Assembly: GCA_002269645.1 (NCBI GenBank)
Contig: NIVC01004456.1
Coordinates: 1-45,110 of the forward strand
Direction of reading: 5' to 3'
DNA length: 45,110 bases
Origin: Macrostomum lignano
Taxonomy: Eukaryota
Positions 35,207-45,110 of this stretch are shown here, one piece after another (the stretch's first letter is position 1; every line of letters starts with the position of its first letter). Under the pieces are notes generated by a model. It was not told where the DNA came from. It did not search any database and was given only the letters and a program-made list of their open reading frames with translations. Made by a program: the position numbers and the translations under genes.

Positions 35207-38200
35207 TCATGCAAAGATTTGGACGCCCTCGGCCCCTTTAGCCTCAGCTGCATGGCTGGGTGCCGCGGAATCTTCCGCGTGCTGCAGCCGCTGCCTGCCT
35301 CGCCGCTTCAGCTCAGCGAGACGCTCTCGACGCTGACGCTCCGCCAAGGCTGGCTGCTTCGCCGGCTGCTGCTGTCGCTGCTGCTGTCTGGGTGGAGCTC
35401 TGGACGGCTTTCGCTTCTGCAGCGGCTCCCGTGGCTGCTGCGGTGCCGGAGGCGAAGGCGGCGCTGGCGGCACCCGCCGGAACTGGCAGTCGCGGATCTG
35501 CCTGCACGTGGCCAGCATCCGCCCGATGTCCTGCAGCTGCAGGCAGCAGATGGCCCAGAAGCCGTTCAGGTCGCAGTACTGGGTGACCCCGTTGGCCATG
35601 TTGTCCTCGCAGAGGCCGCGGAACTGCGCGAGCTTCTCGGTGAGCAGCAGGCGGGCCTTGCCGGCCGACACCCGGAGAATCCCCGACACTGCAGTGACAC
35701 AGGATCAGTGACTCACCTCCTCAGACAGGGAATCAGTGACTCACCTCCTCAGACAGGGCATCAGTGACTCACCTCCTCAGACAGGGAATCAGTGACTCAC
35801 CTCCTCAGACAGGGGATCAGTGACTCACCTCCTCAGACAGGGGATCAGTGACTCACCTCCTCAGACAGGGAATCAGTGACTCACCTCCTCAGACAGGGAA
35901 TCAGTGACTCACCTCCTCAGACAGGGAATCAGTGACTCACCTCCTCAGACAGGGAATCGGTGACTCACCTCCTCAGACAGGGAATCAGTGACTCACCTCC
36001 TCAGACAGGGAATCAGTGACTCACCTCCTCAGACAGGGAATTAGTGACTCACCCTCCTCAGACAGGCCCAGGGACTCACCCTCCTCAGACAGGCCCAGGG
36101 ACTCACCCTCCTCAGACAGGCCCAAGGACTCACCCTCCTCAGACAGGCCCAGGGACTCACCCTCCTCAGACAGGCCCAGGGACTCACCCTCCTCAGACAG
36201 GCCCAGGGACTCACCCTCCTCAGACAGGCCCAGGGACTCACCCTCCTCAGACAGGCCCAGGGACTCACCCTCCTCAGACAGGCCCAGGGACTCACCCTCC
36301 TCAGACAGGCCCAAGGACTCACCCTCCTCAGACAGGCCCAGGGACTCACCCTCCTCAGACAGGCCCAGGGACTCACCCTCCTCAGACAGGCCCAAGGACT
36401 CATCATCCAGGCAGGCCTCAATCCAGTCGGTGTCGGCGCGGATCCGCTGCTCCTCCCGCTCGGCCAGCAGCAGGAAGTAGCGCCCGGCGCTGGACGCTCC
36501 GCCATCGGCGGCGGTGTCGTCGGAGGCGGCCCCGGCGGCGGCCACTGACGATGAGGCCTCCAGGCAGAGGGAGCGGGTCATGCCGGCCGCCAGCACCTGG
36601 GCGCTGCGCAGGGCGGCGCTGATCATGATGAGCGAGGACCGCTCCGTCGGCGATGTGGCTGCCGCGGTCGCCCCAGTGGAGTCTCGGCTGGCCGCCGCGC
36701 CGGCCACCGACGCCTTTGCCGCCGCAGCAGCCTTTAATGAACGGACAGCCTCGGCACTGGCGTCAGAGCGGCTTCTGGCCTGAGAGACGGCAGTGGAGGT
36801 GGAGAAGAAGATTGCCTTCAGATTGCACACCATCAGGTTGCACACCATCAGGTTGCACACCATCAGGTTGCACATCATCAGGTTGCACACCATCAGGTTG
36901 CACACCATCAGGTTGCACATCATCAGGGTGCACATCATCAGGTTGCACACCATCAGGTTGCACACCATCAGGTTGCACACCATCAGGTTGCACACCATCA
37001 GGTTGCACATCATCAGGTTGCACACCATCAGGTTGCACATCATCAGGTTGCACACCATCAGGTTGCACATCATCAGGTTGCACACCATCAGGTTGCACAT
37101 CATCAGGTTGCACACCATCAGGTTGCACATCATCAGGGTGCACACCATCAGGTTGCACACCATCAGGTTGCACACCATCAGGAATTTTCTTCAATATAAT
37201 TATTTTTATGATACTTCGCTCCTATGTATCATACCATATCTGCATGGTAACTATTCGAGTTTGAGTAGCCCTAGCCCATAGCCGCTCGAATCCGCACACC
37301 AACCTTCCTAGCGGCCAGCGATCGCTTCTGGCCGTTGAGTTTCCTGGCGGCGTTGGCGCCGCCGCTCCTGAGCGCAACCGGGGCGCCGGCCTCTTCGGCG
37401 TCGGCAGTCGCGCTGGGGCTGGCGATGCCGTCGGAGTCTTCGGCGGGACCCGTTGGCTGGGCGGCAACTGGGGAGCTGGCGGCTGCTGCGGAGTTTGGGG
37501 CATGGGAAGGGTGCTCTGGATTGGCTGCGGCGGCATAAACTACTGTGAGTAGCCACCGAATTTCACACTGTAAAAAGCATTGAAAGTCGAATTATCCTCT
37601 TTACAGACAATGCGTACCAGATCTGATACACATACAAGGGTCCAAAATCTCACCCCATGAGATAGGGGATTCTAAACTCTCACCCTGTGAGATAGGGGAT
37701 TCTAAACTCTCACCCCGTAGGATAGGAGATTCTAAAATCTCTCTCCAGGAGATATGAGATTCTAAACTCTCACCCCACGAGATAGGAGATTCTAAACTCT
37801 CACCCCGTGAGATAGGAGATTCTAAACTCTCACCCCACGAGATAGGAGATTCTAAACTCTTACCCCACGAGATAGGAGATTCTAAACTCTCACCCCATGA
37901 GATAGGAGATTCTTAACTCTCACCCCACGAGATAGGAGATTCTAAACTCTCACCCCACGAGATAGGAGATTCTAAACTCTCACCCCGTGAGATAGGAGAT
38001 TCTAAACTCCCACCCCGCGAGATAGGAGATTCTAAACTCTCACCCCGTGAGATAGGAGATTCTAAACTCTCACCCCGTGGGATAGGAGATTCTAAACTCT
38101 CACCCCGTGAAATAGGAGATTCTAAACCCTCACCCCTCACATAGGATAGACCAGAATTCTCGAACTACGGAACCCCAAAACCCAGCTTCATTCTCCACCT

Positions 38201-41200
38201 GGCTCAGCCGCTGGGAGCAGCTCTGGCGCTGGCGCAGCTGCGGACGTCGAGACGGCGCTGGCGCTCGAGTTGGGCGCCGCGGCCGTGACAGAGGCGCCAG
38301 AAAAACCGGCCAGGCGTTTCGGCAAGCTGCTCTCGGCGAAGGTCACCACTTGAGAGCTCGGCGGTGGCGCACGAGTGCCAAGGCGGTTGCCGGCTTCGCC
38401 TCCAGCGCCGAGGTCGGGATGGTCAGGCCTGGCTGCTGGGATCTCTGCTGCAGCTGGAGGGTTGAAGATTGGCGGCAAAGACTCCGTGTGATGATGGGAC
38501 TTCCAGACTGAAATTTTCAAATTCACTGACAACAGCAGTACCAACACAGACTGAAATTTTCAAATTCACTGACAACAGCAGTAGCAACACAGACTGAAAT
38601 TTCAAATTCACTGACAACAGCAGTAGCAACACAGACTGAAATTTCAAATTCACTGACAACAGCAGTACCAACACAGACTGAAAATTTCAAATTCACTGAC
38701 AACAGCAGTACCAACACAGACTGAAATTTTCAAATTCACTGACAACAGCAGTAGCAACACAGACTGAAATTTCAAATTCACTGACAACAGCAGTACCAAC
38801 ACAGACTGAAAATTTCAAATTCACTGACAACAGCAGTACCAACACAGACTGAAATTTTCAAATTCACTGACAACAGCAGTACCAACACAGACTGAAATTT
38901 CAAATTCACTGACAACAGCAGTACCAACACAGACTGAAATTTTCAAATTCACTGACAACAGCAGTACCAACACAGACTGAAATTTTCAAATTCACTGACA
39001 ACAGCAGTAGCAACACAGACTGAAAAGTGCTCTGACACTGCCCGCCTACTCAATACAAATCTCAGGTCCCAGATGGAGCAAACAAGCAGGATTCCCTCAC
39101 CGGGCTGCTGCGCCTCCAGCAGCTGAGGCTCGCCAATGTCGAACCGCCGCCGGCGCTTCGTCCGCCGCGGCAGCCGATTGAGAAACTTGCGAATGGCGGC
39201 CAGCGGTGCGGCTGCCGACGAGCTCGGAGCCGCCGGGGCTTCTACCGGGGCTTCCGCCGCCGTTGCCGCCGGGGTCTCTTCGGCACCGTCGAAGTCGGCC
39301 TTAGCCGGCGGCTGCTGCGAGCCGGCGGCGGCGGAGCGGGTCTTCATGCGGGCCAGCCGGCCCAGCAGGGACCGCGGCTTCTTGGCGGCGGTGGCAGCGG
39401 CTGGCGGTGGGACGGCGGCCGCCGGCTCGGCGGGGCAGTTGGCAGGGTTGGGGCGGACACCGTCGGGACTGCCCCCGTCAAAGTCCTGCAGCTTCACTTT
39501 GAAGGCCTTGGGCGTGGCCAGGCTGTCGATGGTCCGCTTGGCCGTGCCGGTGGACAGGTCCGAGTGCAGCGACGTAGTCATGAGGGTGGAGGTTTCCATG
39601 GTAACGGGATGTGGCGGATTGAAAATCGCTTCGATGGACAGCGGCGGGTGCGGCGGCGAGCGAACCGACTCGTTGGACACCTATTTCAAGGTCGGTGTAG
39701 AAAAGTAAAAATACACTAACCAATTCAATATTTTGGTCTACTATTAGTAGTTTACGATTTCTGACAGCAAAATCTAGCGCATCGATTAGCAATAATAGCA
39801 GCGCTAGACCTGCAGCGTACGCGCAGATTAACCTAGAATAGGGAGCAACTGTTCCACTGCAATCAGGCCGCACCTGACACACCTGAAACTTGGCGTGCCG
39901 AGGAGTGTCAGGTGTCTCAGCAGCAGCGTGCGAGGCCAAGGCGGGCGGCGCACAATCGATTAGGGGAGCGCGTGGGGGAGCCTTCTTGGAAAGGGGATTT
40001 TTCACCCACTTTCTCTTTCCCAACTGATCACGGCAAGACACAGAAGCGGAAATCAACACACCTTAAATTGACCCCTGAGTCGCCCACTAAGCAGAACCGC
40101 GAGGGAACAGAATTCGCCTTTCTAAGTTGAAGTAATACAGCGTTTGGAGTAGTTCAAGCCCTATTTTACGAGCAGCGAATGATAGGAGCGATGCTTGAGA
40201 ATGGTTCAGGGTGACTCTTGAGAAAGGTTTAGGGGTGAATCTTGAGAAAGGTTCAGGGGTGACTCTTGAGAATGGTTCAGGGGTGACTCTTGAGAATGGT
40301 TCAGGGGTGACTCTTGAGAATGGTTCAGGGGTGACTCTTGAGAATGGTTTAGGGGTGACTCTTGAGAATGGGCGATGCTTGAGAATGGTTTAGGGGTGAC
40401 TCTTGAGAATGGTTCAGGGGTGACTCTTGAGAATGGTTCAGGGGTGACTCTTGAGAATGGTTCAGGGGTGACTCTTGAGAATGGTTCAGGGGCGACTCTT
40501 GAGAATGGTTTAGGGGTGACTCTTGAGAATGGTTCAGGGGCGACTCTTGAGAATGGTTCAGGGGTGACTCTTGAGAATGGTTTAGGGGTGACTCTTGAGA
40601 ATGGTTCAGGGGTGACTCTTGAGAATGGTTCAGGGGTGACTCTTGAGAATGGTTTAGGGGCGACTCTTGAGAATGGTTTAGGGGTGACTCTTGAGAATGG
40701 TTCAGGGGTGACTCTTGAGAATGGTTTAGGGGTGACTCTTGAGAATGGTTTAGGGGTGACTCTTGAGAATGGGCGATGCTTGAGAATGGTTCAGTGGTGA
40801 CTCTTGAGAATGGTTTAGGGGTGACTCTTGAGAATGGTTCAGGGGTGACTCTTGAGAATGGTTCAGGGGTGACTCTTGAGAATGTTTCAGGGTGACTCTT
40901 GAGAATGGGCGATGCTTGAGAATGGTTTAGGGGTGACTCTTGAGAATGGGCGATGCTTGAGAATGGTTTAGGGGTGACTCTTGAGAATGGGCGATGCTTG
41001 AGAATGGTTTAGGGGTGACTCTTGAGAATGGTTTAGGGGTGACTCTTGAGAATGGTTCAGGGGTGACTCTTGAGAATGGTTCAGGGGTGACTCTTGAGAA
41101 TGGTTCAGGGGTGACTCTTGAGAATGGTTTAGGGGTGACTCTTGAGAATGGTTCAGGGGTGACTCTTGAGAATGGTTCAGGGGTGACTCTTGAGAATGGT

Positions 41201-43321
41201 TTAGGGGTGACTCTTGAGAATGGTTTAGGGGTGACTCTTGAGAATGGTTCAGGGGTGACTCTTGAGAATGGTTTAGGGGTGACTCTTGAGAATGGTTCAG
41301 GGGTGACTCTTGAGAATGGTTCAGGGGCGACTCTTGAGAATGGTTTAGGGGTGACTCTTGAGAATGGTTTAGGGGTGACTCTTGAGAATGGTTTAGGGGT
41401 GACTCTTGAGAATGGGCGATGCTTGAGAATGGTTTAGGGGCGACTCTTGAGAATGGTTTAGGGGCGACTCTTGAGAATGGTTCAGGGGTGACTCTTGAGA
41501 ATGGTTTAGGGGTGACTCTTGAGAATGGGCGATGCTTGAGAATGGTTTAGGGGCGACTCTTGAGAATGGTTTAGGGGTGACTCTTGAGAATGGTTCAGGG
41601 GCGACTCTTGAGAATGGTTCAGGGGTGACTCTTGAGAATGGTTTAGGGGTGACTCTTGAGAATGGGCGATGCTTGAGAATGGTTTAGGGGTGACTCTTGA
41701 GAATGGGCGATGCTTGAGAATGGTTTAGGGGTGACTCTTGAGAATGGTTTAGGGGCGACTCTTGAGAATGGTTTAGGGGTGACTCTTGAGAATGGTTCAG
41801 GGGTGACTCTTGAGAATGGTTCAGGGGTGACTCTTGAGAATGGTTCAGGGGTGACTCTTGAGAATGGTTCAGGGGTGACTCTTGAGAATGGTTCAGGGGT
41901 GACTCTTGAGAAAGGTTTAGGGGTGACTTTTGAGAATGTTTCAGGGGTGACTCTTGAGAATGGGCGATGCTTGAGAATGGTTTAGGGGCGACTCTTGAGA
42001 ATGGTTCAGGGGTGACTCTTGAGAATGGTTTAGGGGTGACTCTTGAGAATGGGCGATGCTTGAGAATGGTTTAGGGGCGACTCTTGAGAATGGTTTAGGG
42101 GCGACTCTTGAGAATGGTTCAGGGGCGACTCTAGAGAATGGTTTAGGGGTGACTCTTGAGAATGGTTTAGGGGTGACTCTTGAGAATGGGCGATGCTTGA
42201 GAATGGTTTAGGGGCGACTCTTGAGAATGGTTCAGGGGTGACTCTTGAGAATGGTTCAGGGGCGACTCTTGAGAATGGTTCAGGGGTGACTCTTGAGAAT
42301 GGTTTAGGGGTGACTCTTGAGAATGGGCGATGCTTGAGAATGGTTTAGGGGCGACTCTTGAGAATGGTTTAGGGGTGACTCTTGAGAATGGTTCAGGGGC
42401 GACTCTTGAGAATGGTTCAGGGGTGACTCTTGAGAATGGTTCAGGGGTGACTCTTGAGAATGGTTTAGGGGTGACTCTTGAGAATGGTTCAGGGGTGACT
42501 CTTGAGAATGGTTCAGGGGTGACTCTTGAGAATGGGCGATGCTTGAGAATGATTTAGGGGCGACTCTTGAGAATGGTTTAGGGGCGACTCTTGAGAATGG
42601 TTCAGGGGCGACTCTTGAGAATGGTTTAGGGGTGACTCTTGAGAATGGTTCAGGGGCGACTCTTGAGAATGGTTCAGGGGTGACTCTTGAGAATGGGCGA
42701 TGCTTGAGAATGGTTTAGGGGTGACTCTTGAGAATGGTTTAGGGGTGACTCTTGAGAATGGTTTAGGGGTGACTCTTGAGAATGGGCGATGCTTGAGAAT
42801 GGTTTAGGGGTGACTCTTGAGAATGGGCGATGCTTGAGAATGGTTTAGGGGTGACTCTTGAGAATGGTTTAGGGGCGACTCTTGAGAATGGTTCAGGGGT
42901 GACTCTTGAGAATGGTTTAGGGGTGACTCTTGAGAAAGGTTTAGGGAAAGGTTTTAGAGGCGATGCTTGAGAATGGTTTAGAGGCGATGCTTGAGAATAA
43001 TCAAATAGTCGAAGCAATTTTTGCGAATGCTTTGAGGTGGCTTGTGAGTGGTTAGCTTGCTGCTCAAGCAAAGGTGAGCCTTGCAAACTATACTGCCAAT
43101 TAGGGCTTATGGAATTGAAGGACTTATTGAGTCACCTGGCACTTGAGCAGGTAGGCCCGGTCCCTCTCAAGCTCCGCCTGTCTGGCAGCCATGAGGCTCC
43201 GCAGCCGGGAGTTCAGGCTCTCAAAGTGGGCCAGGCGGGAGGCGGTCTGTCCAGAAAAAGCTACATCACCCAGCGTAGTTGCCATGGCAACTGCTGAGGG
43301 AGGTGGCAGCGACCGAGTCAT
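35207..43321 (-). CDS. DLGAP: DLGAP/SAPAP-family protein with C-terminal GKAP homology domain; complement(join(35207..35688,36377..36815,37304..37542,38199..38507,39101..39680,39883..40023,43136..43321)), about 791 aa; 5' end uncertain
   Basis: GKAP-domain pattern GRYFLLLAEREEQRI...LSEE|VSGILRVSAGKARLLLTEKLAQFRGLCEDN...DLNGFWAICCLQLQDI...RERLAELKRR. All six introns are GT-AG and the phases chain (0,0,1,1,0,1; 2376 nt). The N-terminal exons are low-complexity Ala/Pro/Ser-rich and less certain; the first-exon frame stays open upstream to about 43596. Confidence 0.82.
35706..36402 (-). repeat. Compound array of 5' splice sites: 13 x 27-nt in-frame units then 12 x 28-nt units
   Basis: 27-nt unit GTGAGTCCCTGGGCCTGTCTGAGGAGG (donor G 36376 to 36052, step 27); 28-nt unit GTGAGTCACTGATTCCCTGTCTGAGGAG (36024 to 35716, step 28). 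Confidence 0.96.
36820..37181. repeat. 15-nt minisatellite (about 24 copies) abutting a DLGAP acceptor
   Basis: Unit CATCAGGTTGCACAC/CAT; minus strand ATGGTGTGCAACCTG contains no AG. Confidence 0.96.
37648..38143. repeat. 30-nt minisatellite (about 16 copies) in a DLGAP intron
   Basis: Unit GATAGGAGATTCTAAACTCTCACCCC(A/G)(C/T)GA. Confidence 0.95.
38504..39026 (-). repeat. 42/43-nt array of 3' splice sites (13 AG sites) in a DLGAP intron
   Basis: Minus-strand unit TCTGTGTTG(G/C)TACTGCTGTTGTCAGTGAATTTGAAAATTTCAG; acceptor G at 39020, 38977, 38934, 38892, 38849, 38806, 38764, 38721, 38678, 38636, 38594, 38551, 38508. Confidence 0.96.
40190..42998. repeat. About 2.8 kb satellite of 24-nt monomers punctuated by 17-nt monomers, in DLGAP intron 1
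   Basis: GTGACTCTTGAGAATGGTT(C/T)AGGG and GGGCGATGCTTGAGAAT; gives the TLENGSGV ORFs. Confidence 0.97.
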
Positions 43322-45110
43322 GATGGAGTCGGCGCAAGTCGGGCTGCTGAACGCAAAGCCCTGAGGCTGTTGCTTCTGCTGCTGGCGCCTGAGGCTGCCC
43401 CGGCTGTCGAGAAAGGAGACTGGCGCCTCGGTTGGCACGAAGCGCGTGGCGGGGCTGCGCGTAGCGGGTGATTCGGTCCAGCGACCGGCTCTGCATTCTC
43501 GCTGGGCTGCGGCGGCTGGTGGTTGGTGTGCAGAAATTCGTCCAGGCGGGAGGCTCGGCCGTTCACAGCGGGGGATCGCAGCAGCGACTGGAGAGTCTCA
43601 GCTGCGGCAGCTCCGCCGCTTGAGCCTGCCGGATGCTGAGGTGGCGTTGATGACGAGAAGGTCTAATGACAGTTTTATTATATACAGAACAAACTTCTGA
43701 ATTAATGTAGGCTTTATCGTAGATAATTCCGCACTTGTAAATCTTAGAGTTTAGCTTTATATGGGTAGCATATGGTTAAAATGTGCCCAAATATTAATAA
43801 GTCAAAAAGCATTTACTGATATAATTAAGCATTACACATGATGATATAGCTTTTGCTATTGGGTTAGCCAAGCTCTAGTCTGCAATCTAGATATGGCACA
43901 CTAAAACATTTTGCCTAGCCCCCTAATAACAGAAAAAACTTATTAGGGCCGGAGTATCAACTTGGAAGTATGTTGAAACTTATAATATTTGTTTGCATTA
44001 GTATATTATTTTTTATGCTGTGAACAGTTGTTAATTCAAAAATCAAAACTGAAATCTTAATTTCTTTTCCCACGTCGAATCATAATTTAGCCATGACATA
44101 TGCAAACAAACTTTTTACCCTCAATGAAAAAACTTTTTCAATGATTTGAATGATTTGAAAATTCCTGACATAAAAAACTTTTGTACTATCAGCAATACAT
44201 GAAGAAAATTTTGCAACATGGCTATAATAGCAACAAAATATCAATAATTAAAATGTGCTAGGCTTTAAAACAAGTAGAAAGTGGATTATTTTTTGTCACA
44301 TTGCTTCACAAAACACTTATGCCAAGTTTAAATTATTTCAGTTATCAAAATGCCAATGTAAAAGTACTAAGGTTGCTAAGAAATTTTTAATCAACTTTTA
44401 TTCTTTCAATTATTTATTAGGAAAATCAATACTATGCAAATCATTTCTTTGCAAATTCAGTAAAAAATAATAATAACATATTAAGAACATTAATAAATGA
44501 TATAATATAAATTTATTAAGAATACTGAGATTTTATATTAAAAGCAAGATGCTCAATACTTTCGAAAAAAACTTGGATAAGATCTTTGATTTAGTAAAAC
44601 CAAATAGCCTAAGTTAATAACATATATTAAACCCTTAATAGAAATAAGCTAAAACTTCCTTCTCGTATTTTTCATCACATAATATTGAGCTTATACTCAG
44701 CATAAAACAATTTCATTTGATAACTAATACAGTGATACTTCTTCCTTGAGCTAATACTAATAGGATGCATCATTTCTTGTAATTTCAAGTCAATGCAAAT
44801 TTCCGCATTTCTAATGTTTTCGTGTCAAGCATAAAAACAAATACAGTCATGCTAAATCAGTAGTTTTTTGCCACCAATAGTTACTTTTCCTGAAAAAAAT
44901 GAATGCGTTTCTTTAAGTAGTCGAAACTGTTTAATTAAGTTATCCGAAAAAAGTGTTATTGTCGTCGTCAAATTTCACCATATAGTAAAAAATTATATTA
45001 TATTTTAACAACAACTGTAGACGCGCGCCATTAACTCGTGTTGTGCGCTCCTTTTCTGTAGACCTAATCGGTTCTAACGTTGTAGGCTGCGGAAAAAGTT
45101 ATAGCTTGTT

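Noticed and set aside
34381-35241. Long repeat-derived ORFs (QSTARLF, VDWNNLA; likewise [39 protein letters not shown])
   Set aside because: They result from stop-free repeat units in introns or 3' flanks and have no independent coding signal.

Overview
Eukaryotic (metazoan) genomic DNA with spliceosomal GT-AG introns, strongly GC3-rich exons, AT-rich spacers and about 20 unrelated tandem arrays covering roughly a third of the window. The style resembles Macrostomum-type flatworm assemblies, but this is an inference only. Six gene models can be built by hand with consistent splice phases. (+) last exon of a peptide-type class A GPCR. (+) a two-exon small protein of unknown function. (-) 8-exon coatomer gamma (COPG). 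(-) 3-exon SLC35C2-like nucleotide-sugar transporter. (+) 3-exon secreted, probably GPI-anchored LRR protein. (-) 7-exon DLGAP/GKAP-domain protein. There is also a decayed RNase H-bearing non-LTR retrotransposon fragment. The main unusual signal is that several intronic minisatellites are built from the host gene's own splice junctions: 25 GTGAGT donors and 13 acceptors in two DLGAP introns, 10 branch-point+acceptor copies in the small gene, 5 in-frame acceptors in SLC35C2, and a duplicated donor in COPG. In one array only the productive copy carries the optimal TACTAAC branch point. In another, all 13 donors are in frame and could add 0-12 acidic 9-aa repeats inside the GKAP domain. Two of the genes need single-base insertions to read through, which may be assembly errors. 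All coordinates were counted by hand and nothing was searched against databases.
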